64,000 bases of DNA. Origin: Candidatus Dormiibacterota bacterium. GTDB lineage: Bacteria; Chloroflexota; Dormibacteria; Aeolococcales; Aeolococcaceae. The stretch is from positions 133,063 to 197,062 of the forward strand of contig CAVPXI010000016.1 of NCBI GenBank assembly GCA_963709585.1, read 5' to 3'. A program made the position numbers and the translations under genes. This document shows positions 1-9,700 of the stretch, piece after piece. The notes under the pieces were generated by a model. It had not been told where the DNA came from and did no database searches. It worked only from the letters and a program-made list of their open reading frames with translations. Position 1 is the stretch's first letter. Every line of letters begins with the position of its first letter.

Positions 1-449
1 GCGCGGCCACCGCGCCCTCCGGCAATAACCGAGACGGCCGCCGATCCACGTCCCGACTTCACGACTCGACTGACCAGCCCCGGTCCCTCGCCGAGCCCCA
101 ACGCCCTGCTCTCGGCTTCAAACGCAACCACATCCGCTGCCCCATCGGACCACGAATACCGGAGTTCGACGTCGCGTCGGTCACCGCCTCGCATCCAGAT
201 CTCACCGATGCGCCCGTCGCACGCCGTGGTGAGCATTGTGAGCGTCTTCCGGAGGGTCGCATCGAGGTCCTCCGACTCGTTGAAGAGCGCCAGTACGGCG
301 ATCAGCAACGCCTCGGCGCTGGTGACTCCCGGTTCCCGCGAATGCCGGTCGCCGCGCCCGATGACTTCACGCTCGCGACCGACAGCACCGCGGTCGCCGC
401 CGCCATGACGCGTCTGCAGATCTGACGCATCGTGAGCCGGTACCGCCAC
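1..449 (-). CDS. GAF-domain sensor/signalling protein, N-terminal part (runs off the left end)
   Basis: Not in the ORF track. Open frame from GTG 449 (AAGGTGA upstream) to the window edge: ...LALFNESEDLDATLRKTLTMLTTACDGRIGEIW...FEAESRALGLGEGPGLVSRVVKSG, a GAF-like pattern. Confidence 0.6.
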   Translation of the reverse strand, partial: MAVPAHDASDLQTRHGGGDRGAVGREREVIGRGDRHSREPGVTSAEALLIAVLALFNESEDLDATLRKTLTMLTTACDGRIGEIWMRGGDRRDVELRYSWSDGAADVVAFEAESRALGLGEGPGLVSRVVKSGRGSAAVSVIAGGRGGR

Positions 450-518
450 TGTGAATCACCTTGATGCGGATGGAAAAGCGCCCGCATGCTCACGTTGCTG
501 GAGGCCGAACGGGTGGTC

Positions 519-534
519 TGTACGCCAGCGCACT
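519..534. promoter_or_regulatory. Crp-family operator-like box TGTACGCCAGCGCACT
   Basis: TGT-N10-AC(T) pseudo-palindrome. Its exact reverse complement recurs at 39362-39377. A minus-strand -10-like CAACGT lies at 492-497. Confidence 0.55.
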
Positions 535-761
535 TACACTCGGTCCGCGACAGCACCGCGTTGTTTGGTAGCAGGGCAGTCACCTGCGCGGCAAACCACA
601 TGACGGGGCCGCGATATTCGCTGCGCTCGCCCGATGCGCGCCTCCGCCTGCGGGCAAAGCCTGAGCGGGGCCCGGGTACCATGGGCGAGCGATGAGTGAG
701 GTATGACGGCGTTCGGCGAGGCGGCGCACGCACATCTGGGTGCGGCGGAGGCGTGAGCGCC

Positions 762-1687
762 GTGGCGTCCGGCGTCGAGGGACGCATCGTCGCGTCGGGT
801 CTGACCAAGGTGTTTGGCGAGATCAAAGCGGTCGACGGCTTGTCGTTCAGTGTCGAGCCCGGATCGGTCACGGGATTCCTCGGCCCCAACGGTGCGGGCA
901 AGACCACGACGCTGCGAATGATCCTTGGGCTGGCCGAACCGACCTCCGGCACCGGGACAATCAGCGGGGTCGCCTACGCCCACCTGCCGGCACCCGGCCG
1001 CACCGTCGGCGCGGTGCTGGAGGCAACCAGCTTTCACCCCGGCCGTTCAGCCCGCAACCACCTCCGCGTCTTCTGCGCAGCGGCTGGACTTCCGGACAGG
1101 CGGGCGGATGAGGTGCTCGACCTGGTGGGACTTCGCGCAGGCAGCCCGGTACCCGGTGCGGGGCTTCTCGCTCGGCATGCGCCAGCGGCTTGGTCTGGCC
1201 ACGGCGCTTCTCGGGAATCCGAGGGTCCTGCTGCTTGATGAGCCGGCGAACGGCCTCGACCCCGAGGGCATCGTCTGGCTTCGAGGCCTGCTCCGGCACT
1301 TCGCGGACGTCGATGGACGGACCGTGCTTGTCTCGAGTTCACGTCCTCTCCGAGGTCGAGCAGACGGTCGACCGAGTCGTGATCATCGCGCGCGGCCGCG
1401 TCATCTATGAGGGAAGGTTGGCCGACCTCGAAGGCGCCAGCGCCGGGGTCGTGGTTCGGACACCGAATCCCGATCAGCTGCGGGCCGCCCTGGCGCCGCT
1501 CAACGTCAAGATCAGCGCCGGGCCGGACGGGTCGGTCGCCGTCCTGGGCGCGACGCTCCAGGCCGTCGGCCGCGCCGCGTGGGACGCGCACGTGGAGCTC
1601 CACGAGCTCCGGGCCGGGAGCTCGAGCCTTGAAGAGACGTTCCTGCGCCTGACCGTGGATCCGGCTGACCCCCCGGCGAGCGCGTGA
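762..1687 (+). CDS. ABC-2 type exporter ATP-binding subunit (two apparent frameshifts, near 1132 and 1338)
   Basis: Walker [10 protein letters not shown], signature FSLGMRQRL, Walker B LLLDEP and H-loop SSHVLSEV are spread over three consecutive frames. Confidence 0.88.
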
Positions 1688-2448
1688 TCCACCTGCTTCG
1701 CGCCGAATGGCGAAAGGTCACCACCGTCAAGCTCGGCTGGGGAATGCTCCTCGGAGCCATGGCGCTCGCGGCGCTCGGGGTCGTTGCCCAGATCGCCAGC
1801 AACGGCGTGCGTGGAAACGCTGCCCTGCCGCTCTCCGCCGCCGCGACACAGAAGTCGATCGCCGCATCAGCCAGCAGCGCCTACCTGTTCGCGATCGTGG
1901 TCGGCATCATCCTGATCACCACCGAGTTCCGCCACTTCACCTCGCGCCCCACGTTTCTCATAGAGCCGCGGCGCGGTCTCGTGATCGTGGCCAAGATTCT
2001 CATTGCCGCACTGGTCGGCCTCATCTACGGGATCGTGTGCGCGGCGCTGACCGCGGCGATCATGATTCCGTGGTTCGGCGCAAAGGGAATCACCATCGGC
2101 TGGATCGACAATGGCGTGCTCCAGTCCCTCATCAGCGATGTCATCGTGATCGCGATCTTCGCGGTCGTCGGGATCGGCGTCGGGGTTCTGGTACGCAACC
2201 AGATCGCCGCGGTGATTGGAGCTCTCGTCTATCTCTTTGTGCTCGAGCCACTCGTCAACATCATCCCGGTGGTTCAGAACGTCTATCCATATCTGCCCGG
2301 AGCGGCGGCAGCCGCAATCACCGGCGCCACGCGTGGTTCGGGGAGCTCGCATCTCGACGCCCTGCAGGGCGGCCTGGTGCTGCTCGGCTGGGGCCTGCTG
2401 TTCGCCGTGGGCGGATGGATCTTCACCATCGGCCGCGACATTCCCTAA
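1684..2448 (+). CDS. ABC-2 type exporter permease
   Basis: About 6 hydrophobic segments, LLRAEWRK N-terminus, GTGA overlap with the ATPase. Confidence 0.88.
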   Translation: MIHLLRAEWRKVTTVKLGWGMLLGAMALAALGVVAQIASNGVRGNAALPLSAAATQKSIAASASSAYLFAIVVGIILITTEFRHFTSRPTFLIEPRRGLVIVAKILIAALVGLIYGIVCAALTAAIMIPWFGAKGITIGWIDNGVLQSLISDVIVIAIFAVVGIGVGVLVRNQIAAVIGALVYLFVLEPLVNIIPVVQNVYPYLPGAAAAAITGATRGSGSSHLDALQGGLVLLGWGLLFAVGGWIFTIGRDIP

Positions 2449-2457
2449 TGGATTCGC

Positions 2458-4977
2458 TCAGCTCCCGGTGACCATGTCGGGGGCGCGTGGACGCGGGGGA
2501 CGGCGGCGCGGGAGCGTGATGATCTTGGCACCGCCGGAGACTGCGGTCGCACGAACCGACCGATCCCGGCCATCGTGCTTCGCCGCGTACATCGCCCGAT
2601 CCGCGGCCCCGAGCAGTTGATCCATCGTGACGCCGTGGGCAGGGTAGGTGGCGATGCCGATCGACGCCGTGAGCCCCTCCAGGCTGCATGCGTCGGGCAT
2701 GACCACGTCGCGCACCGCGCTGCGCACGGCTTCGGCGGCGATCCACGCTCCTTCCGCGGAGCACTCGTGCAGGAGCACCACGAACTCCTCGCCTCCGATC
2801 CGGACCACGGCATCGGTGCCGCGCACGGTGGTGCGCAGCTGCGCGGCCACGCGCTGGAGGACGACGTCGCCGATGGCATGCCCGCTGCTGTCGTTCACCG
2901 TCTTGAAGTGGTCGAGGTCGACGAGGAGGAGCGAGAGCGGCTTGCAGTCGCGAGCGGCACGAGCGATGTCCCGTTCGCCGGTGTCACGCAGCCAGCGGCT
3001 GTTGTAGAGACCGGTCAGAGGGTCGGTCATCGCCGCGTTGACAAGCTCGCCATAGAGTTGCGCATTGCGCCAGGCCGACGCGGCGACGTGAGCGAACAAT
3101 GAGGCGGCTTCGAGCTCGCTGGAGCTGAACTGGTCGACGCCGAGGCGCCAGCAGTTGATGATGCCGAGCTTGTGCTCGGTCGCGACCAGCGGTACGAGGA
3201 GCAGCGACTCCTGCACGTAGGACGTCCCCGGAATCTGCCGCGCCAGGGGATGCTCCGACGTGTCAGGGATGTTCTGGGGCGTGCCTTTCGCGAAAGCCCA
3301 GCCGGTGATGCCCGCGTCGAGCGCCATGCTGTCCGCCAGGATCTCGTCGCGATCGGGCCCGGTCGCGAGCACGGGCACGAGGCGGAAGGTTTCGTAGTCC
3401 GCCCTGAAGATCGCCATCTCGGCGACCGGCACGACGCGACCCATCTGCTCGGCCATCACGCTGAGGATGCGCATCGGATCGTGCTCACTCTGGAGCGCCA
3501 GCGCTGCGTCGCTCAGCGCCCGAGCTAGCGTCCGCCGCGGCCGAGCGATCGAGACCGCTTCGGGAGCGAGCTCCCGCGATGCGGGCGGCTCCGGCAGGGG
3601 CGAGGCCACCCGCGTGGGAGAGACCACGCGCTGCGCAAACCAGGTCGCGTCGACGACCTGCATGGAAGTGTCCCCCTCGAGCGGGTGGGGCAACACCGGG
3701 CGACCGAGAAGCCATCCCTGTCCGAACTGCACGCCGAGCGACTGCAGGGTCTCCTGCTCACGCTGGGTTTCGATGCCCTCGGCGATGACCCTCGCGCCGA
3801 TGTGTCCACTGAACGACAGCAGCGCCACGACCAGCGCGCGGCGCGCCCGGTCCGCGTCGATCCCGGTGATCAGCGACCGATCGACCTTGATGAATTCAGG
3901 TCGCAGCTCTGCGATGACACGCATGCTCGCGTGACCGGCGCCCGCATCGTCGACCGCGATCCGAAAGCCGCGCGCCCGCAACTCGGCGGCGATGCGCTGC
4001 AGCAAGGCGAGGTCGGGTACCGGTTCGCGCTCACTGAACTCCAGCACGACGGCAGCAGGATCAACGCGCGCTTCATACACCGCCCTGTCGAGCGCGGCCA
4101 CGCCGCTCTGGTCGACGAGCGTGCCGATGAGCACGTTGACAAAGAGGTCGGCCTCGCCGATGTTGGATGCGGCCTGCAGTGCCGCGCGCACGCAGGCGAG
4201 GTCCACGGACGACTGCATGTTGAGCGCGGCCGCGCCTCCGAACAATTGATCTGGGGTGCGGATGCGTGCTCGCGGTGGAAACCGGGCGAGCGCCTCGTAG
4301 CCGATGACCGAATCGTTAATCAGCCGCACGATCGGTTGCAGGGCTGCGACGATCCTTCCGCTGGTGAGCAGCGAGGCGATCGTGCCGCGCAGCCGGCGGT
4401 CGGGTGCCGCAGAGCCCGGGGCGTCGAAACGCTCAACGCCCGGCTGAGCCTCGGCGGACCACGCCGCCGCGAGCATCGCGGCCACCACCTCGAGGATCGG
4501 GCTCAGCGCGGGAGCACAACCGTTGCCCCAGACCGCGAGGACGGCAACAACCCGGTCCCGGCAGATCACCGGCAGCGTCAGGACATCGCCTTCATCCGCC
4601 GCGTTCGGCAGCGCTTTCGCGAGTGCAGAATCGGTGGTCAGGCGGCGCAGCGTTTCAGAGGCGTTGGCTGCGCCGTAGTAAGGGCGGCGCAGCCGGACCG
4701 GCTTGCGCAGCGAATCGACTCCATCGAGTGGGATGCGCATTCCCACCATGCTGGAGAAAACTCGCGTCGAAACCCCGTACGTCGATGAGGGGGGAACGTT
4801 GACCGCGAGCACCACGGCCATATCCGATTCGACCGCGTTCACCACGGCGGCCACATCGAGGGCGGCGAGCGCCTCCACGACTTCGGCCGCCGCCTCCTCG
4901 GGGCTGCGCGCGCCCGGGAGCGAGTGTCCGAGCCGGGTCAGGACGTCGAGGCGCAGATCGGGAGATCGTGGAGCCAC
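2458..4977 (-). CDS. c-di-GMP enzyme, GAF-EAL-GAF-GGDEF
   Basis: QPIV..YEALARF, DDAGAG, IKVDRS and AEGIET (EAL); DPLTGLYN, DLDHFK, RGTD I-site and GGEEF (GGDEF). Confidence 0.9.
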   Translation of the reverse strand: MAPRSPDLRLDVLTRLGHSLPGARSPEEAAAEVVEALAALDVAAVVNAVESDMAVVLAVNVPPSSTYGVSTRVFSSMVGMRIPLDGVDSLRKPVRLRRPYYGAANASETLRRLTTDSALAKALPNAADEGDVLTLPVICRDRVVAVLAVWGNGCAPALSPILEVVAAMLAAAWSAEAQPGVERFDAPGSAAPDRRLRGTIASLLTSGRIVAALQPIVRLINDSVIGYEALARFPPRARIRTPDQLFGGAAALNMQSSVDLACVRAALQAASNIGEADLFVNVLIGTLVDQSGVAALDRAVYEARVDPAAVVLEFSEREPVPDLALLQRIAAELRARGFRIAVDDAGAGHASMRVIAELRPEFIKVDRSLITGIDADRARRALVVALLSFSGHIGARVIAEGIETQREQETLQSLGVQFGQGWLLGRPVLPHPLEGDTSMQVVDATWFAQRVVSPTRVASPLPEPPASRELAPEAVSIARPRRTLARALSDAALALQSEHDPMRILSVMAEQMGRVVPVAEMAIFRADYETFRLVPVLATGPDRDEILADSMALDAGITGWAFAKGTPQNIPDTSEHPLARQIPGTSYVQESLLLVPLVATEHKLGIINCWRLGVDQFSSSELEAASLFAHVAASAWRNAQLYGELVNAAMTDPLTGLYNSRWLRDTGERDIARAARDCKPLSLLLVDLDHFKTVNDSSGHAIGDVVLQRVAAQLRTTVRGTDAVVRIGGEEFVVLLHECSAEGAWIAAEAVRSAVRDVVMPDACSLEGLTASIGIATYPAHGVTMDQLLGAADRAMYAAKHDGRDRSVRATAVSGGAKIITLPRRRPPRPRAPDMVTGS

Positions 4978-5206
4978 GTCGTGAGTGTGCTGGGTGTCGG
5001 CGTGTCAGCCGACAACGAATCGGTCGCTATCCATCGGCAAATCGCCACATTTCCGGTGTCTGCGGCCAGCGCTCGGACTTATGGTAAGTCAAGACTTACC
5101 GACGACCTTGGCGGATGCGTTTGGCTCGCTGGACGGCGGCGTACGCTTGCGGGATGGGCTGCACACACCTGGCGACTGCGTCTCGGTGAAACCGCACAAC
5201 GAATCG

Positions 5207-5575
5207 ATGCGTCAGCCGGACCCTCACACCGACGCACGTGAACGGCTGGTCCGCAAGCGATCCGAGATCGTCGCGAAGGTGGATCAGCTGGGCGCTCACG
5301 ATCCCGCCGAGGTGGCCAACCTCGGCTTTGGCAAGCGAATCGGCGACGCCACCGCCTACGCGGTCGAGAGAATGACCGACGCCTACCAGGCGCGCACGAT
5401 CTACGCGACAGTGTCGGAGATCGACCAGGCGTTGGACCGGATCGACGCGGGCGCCTACGGTCGCTGCGTCGCCTGCGGCACCGCGATTCCGGATGAGCGT
5501 CTCAGGGCCGTACCCTGGGCCGCCCTCTGCGTTCCATGCAGCGCGAAGCCGGCGAAATCGAAGGTGGTGCGCTGA
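5207..5575 (+). CDS. TraR/DksA C4-type zinc finger protein
   Basis: IDQALDRIDAGAYGRCVACGTAIPDERLRAVPWAALCVPC. Confidence 0.88.
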   Translation: MRQPDPHTDARERLVRKRSEIVAKVDQLGAHDPAEVANLGFGKRIGDATAYAVERMTDAYQARTIYATVSEIDQALDRIDAGAYGRCVACGTAIPDERLRAVPWAALCVPCSAKPAKSKVVR

Positions 5576-5606
5576 ACTCGACTGCCGGCATCCGGAGGGC
5601 GATGGC

Positions 5607-7094
5607 TTGGACGTGATGAGCGTGCAGGACGCGGCGTTCCTGCACATCGAGAACGTCAACAACCCGATGCACATCGGGTCGGTCGCGGTGCTCGAAGGCC
5701 CGGCGCCGGCATATGGCGACCTGGTCCGGCTGATCGCGTCCAAGCTGCCGCTGGTGCCTCGATACCGCCAGAAGGTGCGGTTCGCACCGGGTGGGGTCGG
5801 ACGACCCGTCTGGGTCGACGACTCGCACTTCCAGATCCTGTATCACATTCGCCGCACCGCGGTTCCGCCGCCCGGCGGCCGGGACGAGCTGCGCAATCTC
5901 GCCGGTCGCGTGTTCGCGCAGACCCTCGATCGGGGTAAGCCCCTGTGGGAAATCTGGATGGTGGAGGGGCTCCACCACGGTCGATGGGCGCTCATCTCCA
6001 AGGTCCATCACTGCATGGTGGACGGGGTCTCGGCCACCGATCTGCTCACGGTGATGTTCGATGCCACCGACGCGGCGGCGGTGCAATCGGCTGCGGTCGC
6101 GTGGACCCCGGCACCTGAGCCCGGAACCCTCACCCTCGCGGCTCATGGCATGGTCCGCACCATCGCCGATCCGCTCGGACGTCTGCGTGACATCTCGGGC
6201 GGACTCCGGCTCGCGGCAGGATCGAGAACCCGTGTCGCCGAGGGGGTGGTGCTGCTGCGCTCACTCGCCGAGTGGGGCAAGCGTTCAGCGACATCGCTCA
6301 ACGGTCCGATCGGACCGCATCGTCGCTGGAGCTGGGCGGAGGCGAGCCTCGACGATGTGAAGACCGTTCGTCATGGGCTCGGCGGCACCGTGAACGACGT
6401 GGTGCTGGCCGCGATCACGGCGGGGTTCCGCAGCCTGCTGCTCCATCGCGGCGAGGACGTGTCCAATCGGATGGTTCGAACGCTGGTCCCCGTCTCGGTG
6501 CGCGCGGACTCGGAGCGAGGCGTCTACAACAACCGGGTGTCGGGGATCTTCCCCGGGCTTCCGGTGTCGATCACGGATCCGGGTGCTCGTCTCAATGCCA
6601 TCGCCGCGCAGCTGTCCATGCTCAAAGGTTCGAAGCAGGCGGTCGCCGGCGACGCTCTCGTGAAGCTCGCGGGTTTCGCTCCACCGATGCTGCTCGCGAT
6701 TGGCGCGCGGCTCGCTGCCCGGACACCGCAGCGTGCGCTCCAGACGGTCACCACGAACGTTCCGGGTCCCCAATATCCGCTCTACGTCGTGGGACGACGC
6801 ATGGTCTACTCGTATCCGTACGTTCCAATCATGGGAAGCGTGCGCATCAGCATCGCGATCTTCTCGTATTGCGGGCGTCTCTTCTTTGGCATCACCGGCG
6901 ACTACGACACGGTCGCCGACATCAACGTTCTCCGCGACGGTATTGAGGAGGGGATGCGCGAGCTCGTCGCCGCCGCCGGCGGTTCCCCGCCGGAGAACCC
7001 ACGCGCGCGCACACAGAGGACGTCCCGAGGCTCGCGGGCGCGCGCCTGCTCGCCGGGGGGTCAGGCCGCGGCCGGACGCTCTGGAAAGAGGTAA
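5607..7094 (+). CDS. Wax ester synthase/diacylglycerol acyltransferase (WS/DGAT)
   Basis: MSVQDAAFL..PMHIG, catalytic HHCMVDG, GTVNDVVL, TNVPGPQ. Start is TTG 5607 or ATG 5616. Confidence 0.93.
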   Translation: MDVMSVQDAAFLHIENVNNPMHIGSVAVLEGPAPAYGDLVRLIASKLPLVPRYRQKVRFAPGGVGRPVWVDDSHFQILYHIRRTAVPPPGGRDELRNLAGRVFAQTLDRGKPLWEIWMVEGLHHGRWALISKVHHCMVDGVSATDLLTVMFDATDAAAVQSAAVAWTPAPEPGTLTLAAHGMVRTIADPLGRLRDISGGLRLAAGSRTRVAEGVVLLRSLAEWGKRSATSLNGPIGPHRRWSWAEASLDDVKTVRHGLGGTVNDVVLAAITAGFRSLLLHRGEDVSNRMVRTLVPVSVRADSERGVYNNRVSGIFPGLPVSITDPGARLNAIAAQLSMLKGSKQAVAGDALVKLAGFAPPMLLAIGARLAARTPQRALQTVTTNVPGPQYPLYVVGRRMVYSYPYVPIMGSVRISIAIFSYCGRLFFGITGDYDTVADINVLRDGIEEGMRELVAAAGGSPPENPRARTQRTSRGSRARACSPGGQAAAGRSGKR

Positions 7095-7822
7095 CGGGCG
7101 AGTGGCGGCGGCCGGAATCGCCGCCACACTCCCTCGGGTTGGGCGAGACGGTCCGCGATCGCCCAGAGGACGGCGGCATTGTGGCCCATTCCGAGGTGGC
7201 TGCTGTAGACCTCGATGTTCTCGCGGCGCCGCCCGGCTGTGTTTATGCATGCCCGCCACGGCACCACGCCGTCGAGCCGTGAAAAGACCGCGGTTGTGGG
7301 CACCGGGATCGGCTGCGACAAGCGCTCGCGTCGAGGCAATGATTCGGGATTGACGTGGAGCACGCCCAGGCGCCGGTACGCGGCGTCTGCAAGGCTGTCG
7401 CCCGGGTCGGTGAGACCGAACGGGCTCCCGAGCGTGATCACCTGGCGCACGATCGCCGGGCGCGAGCGAGCAAGTTCGCGCGCGAAGATGCCGCCCAGAC
7501 TCCACCCCACGAGGCTGACCGACCGACGAGATGCGTAATGCAGCGCTTCGAACCGCGCGGTCATTCCATCGAGAATCGCCGCGGTGGGGCCGAGGTTGCG
7601 GCCGAGCCGCCACCCGTGCACCTCGTAGCCAAGCATGCGCAGATACAACCGCATCGTGGCGGTGGAGGCGTCTTCCGCGAGCAGTCCGGGGAGGACGAGG
7701 ACTGGGTGGCCGTCGCCTCGCGGCGCGCGCAGCAGCACGGGCGACGTCGCCAGCATGGCGCCGTAGTCGGCGAGCGCGCGGCCCGGCTCGGAGACGAACA
7801 GCGCCAGCGATGGGCGTGTCAT
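7061..7822 (-). CDS. Alpha/beta hydrolase (lipase/esterase-like)
   Basis: VLVLPG oxyanion region, GWSLGG nucleophile elbow, VITLGSP, DGVV, SSHLGM. Confidence 0.88.
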   Translation of the reverse strand: MTRPSLALFVSEPGRALADYGAMLATSPVLLRAPRGDGHPVLVLPGLLAEDASTATMRLYLRMLGYEVHGWRLGRNLGPTAAILDGMTARFEALHYASRRSVSLVGWSLGGIFARELARSRPAIVRQVITLGSPFGLTDPGDSLADAAYRRLGVLHVNPESLPRRERLSQPIPVPTTAVFSRLDGVVPWRACINTAGRRRENIEVYSSHLGMGHNAAVLWAIADRLAQPEGVWRRFRPPPLARYLFPERPAAA

Positions 7823-7874
7823 CGATGATTCATACCATCTCGACGGCACTCGTGGGCAGGCCGGTATCCAGGCG

Positions 7875-8798
7875 CTACAGCGGGGCGATGCCCCATGCGC
7901 TGTGGTGCGTTTCGCCGGGTTGCAGCACGATCAAGCTAGCGCCGGAGTTGAACGCGTCAGGGGCGCAGGTCATGGGCTCGATCGCCAGTCCTCGGCGCCG
8001 GCGTGACCGGTCGGGCAGCGTGTCTCCGCTGTAGATCATCGCGTACCGATGTGCCGTGTCCATCCACACGGCAACGCCGTGGTGCGCATCCGGCGCCGTC
8101 AGCGTGATCCTGGTGATGCCGTCATCATCGGCGCGCAACCCGGTGTACGCAGTGTCCAGCACAAGTGCGCCGAGCGGTCGCGCACGACGGAAGTCGAATC
8201 CGGTGCCCTCGACATCACTCTCGACGCCGGTGGGGATACCGCGATCATCGGTCACGAGGGTCGCGTCCGCCGGGACGTGCAGCAACGCATCGTCGATCAA
8301 TCCGTTGGTGGCCAGGCGGACGTACGGATGGGCGCCGGCGCCAAACGGGCATGCGAGCTCGCCCCGGTTGGTCGCGGTGACGTGGACGGTCAAACCGTCG
8401 TCGCCCAGCGAGTACGTCGCGCTCAGGCCGAGGCTGAACGGGTAGCCATCCTGTGGCGGCATGTCGAGCGTCAGCGTCACCGCCGCCGCAGAGATGTCGC
8501 TGCTGTGCCAGGGCATCGTACGCGTGAGCCCGTGGATGGCGCTCCCGGTCCTCGGTTCGGTGACGGGTAGACGAAACGTCGCACCCGCGAATCGATACGT
8601 CGCGTGCGCAATCCGATTCGGCCAGGGTAGGAGTAGCTCGCCGCGGGCGCCGTCGCATTCCTGCTCGCGGTCGTAGCCGTCGACGATTGCGCCGAGGTCG
8701 GTGCGGTACTCACGGAGTCCGGCACCCAACTCCACGACCACAGCCCGTTGCGTGCCGTGCGCCAGCGGATACTGCCGCCCGGACGGGGGCGAGGTCAC
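7875..8798 (-). CDS. Aldose 1-epimerase family protein
   Basis: LLPWPNRI, AIHGL, GAHPY, LAIEPMTCAPDAFNSG. GTG 8798 overlaps the Crp stop (GTGA). Confidence 0.9.
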   Translation of the reverse strand: MTSPPSGRQYPLAHGTQRAVVVELGAGLREYRTDLGAIVDGYDREQECDGARGELLLPWPNRIAHATYRFAGATFRLPVTEPRTGSAIHGLTRTMPWHSSDISAAAVTLTLDMPPQDGYPFSLGLSATYSLGDDGLTVHVTATNRGELACPFGAGAHPYVRLATNGLIDDALLHVPADATLVTDDRGIPTGVESDVEGTGFDFRRARPLGALVLDTAYTGLRADDDGITRITLTAPDAHHGVAVWMDTAHRYAMIYSGDTLPDRSRRRRGLAIEPMTCAPDAFNSGASLIVLQPGETHHSAWGIAPL

Positions 8799-9553
8799 CG
8801 GCTCGGACGACGATCCGACGACGCCCATGGGGGACGTCGCCAGGACTCCGGTTCGACGACCCGGTCCAGCTCGCTCCTGATCACCGAGTAGCACTCGCAC
8901 GATACGGCCTCGAGGCCGGCGCGGTCGACGATCGTGACGTTGCCGCGGACGTAGCGGATCAGTCCAGCTCGCTGCAGGATCCCGGCTGAGACCGACACCG
9001 TCGATCGCCGGGCGCCCAGCATCTGCCCGAGGAACTCCTGGGTGATCATGAATTGGTCGGAGCCGACGCGATCGTGGCACATCAGGAGCCAGCGGCTGAG
9101 ACGCTCCTCGCTCGAGTGAAGCCGGTTGCAGGCAGCGGCCTGGGAGATCTGGCCGAACAGCGCCTGCGTGTACTTGTCCACCAACGCCTGGAATGCGCTG
9201 AGTTGTTCGAACAACCGGAGAAACGCCGCGGCGTCGATGCGCAGGGAGTGACCCGCGACCTGCGAGATGGCGCGCACCGCAAGCCCGCCGGGCGGCACCA
9301 ACGGGACGCCGACGATCCCCTCGTTGCCGATCGTCGCAACCTCGACAATCGCGCCGTCGTGTAGTGGCGTCACCAGGGAGATGACCCCGTCGGTCGGGAA
9401 GTAGAGTGCGTCTACAGGCGCCCCCGGTTCAAACAGAACCGTTTTGACGGGCAGGGTGACGTTTCTCACAAGACCGAACAGCTGCTGACGCTCCTCCGAC
9501 GGCAGGGCGGTGAGAATCCGGTTCTCTCCTGCTGAGGCGACCTGCTCGGCCAC
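8795..9553 (-). CDS. Crp/Fnr family transcriptional regulator
   Basis: cNMP-like domain (EVATIGNEG), ACNRLHSSEERLSRWLL, HTH TQEFLGQMLGARRSTVS, GGAGG RBS. Confidence 0.92.
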   Translation of the reverse strand: MAEQVASAGENRILTALPSEERQQLFGLVRNVTLPVKTVLFEPGAPVDALYFPTDGVISLVTPLHDGAIVEVATIGNEGIVGVPLVPPGGLAVRAISQVAGHSLRIDAAAFLRLFEQLSAFQALVDKYTQALFGQISQAAACNRLHSSEERLSRWLLMCHDRVGSDQFMITQEFLGQMLGARRSTVSVSAGILQRAGLIRYVRGNVTIVDRAGLEAVSCECYSVIRSELDRVVEPESWRRPPWASSDRRPSR

Positions 9554-9592
9554 GTCGAGGTTTATGCCTCCAATCGCGTAGACGTCGACCTA

Positions 9593-9608
9593 TGTGCGGT
9601 GCGGGACA
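9593..9608. promoter_or_regulatory. Crp-family operator-like box TGTGCGGTGCGGGACA between crp and the divergent GGDEF-EAL gene
   Basis: TGT-N10-ACA centred about 41.5 bp upstream of the TSS predicted from -10-like CAAATT (9630-9635). Confidence 0.45.
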
Positions 9609-9700
9609 GACGTGTTGCTGAGGGTGCATCAAATTATGACGCACCGGAAGGGACGACCACGGGCGCGCATTTCGCTGCGATCAAAGGAGAGGCTACGCGC

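Noticed and set aside
585-670. c-di-GMP-I riboswitch suggested by GGCAAACC and GCAAAG
   Set aside because: No GNRA-capped P2 stem or receptor helix at the right spacing.
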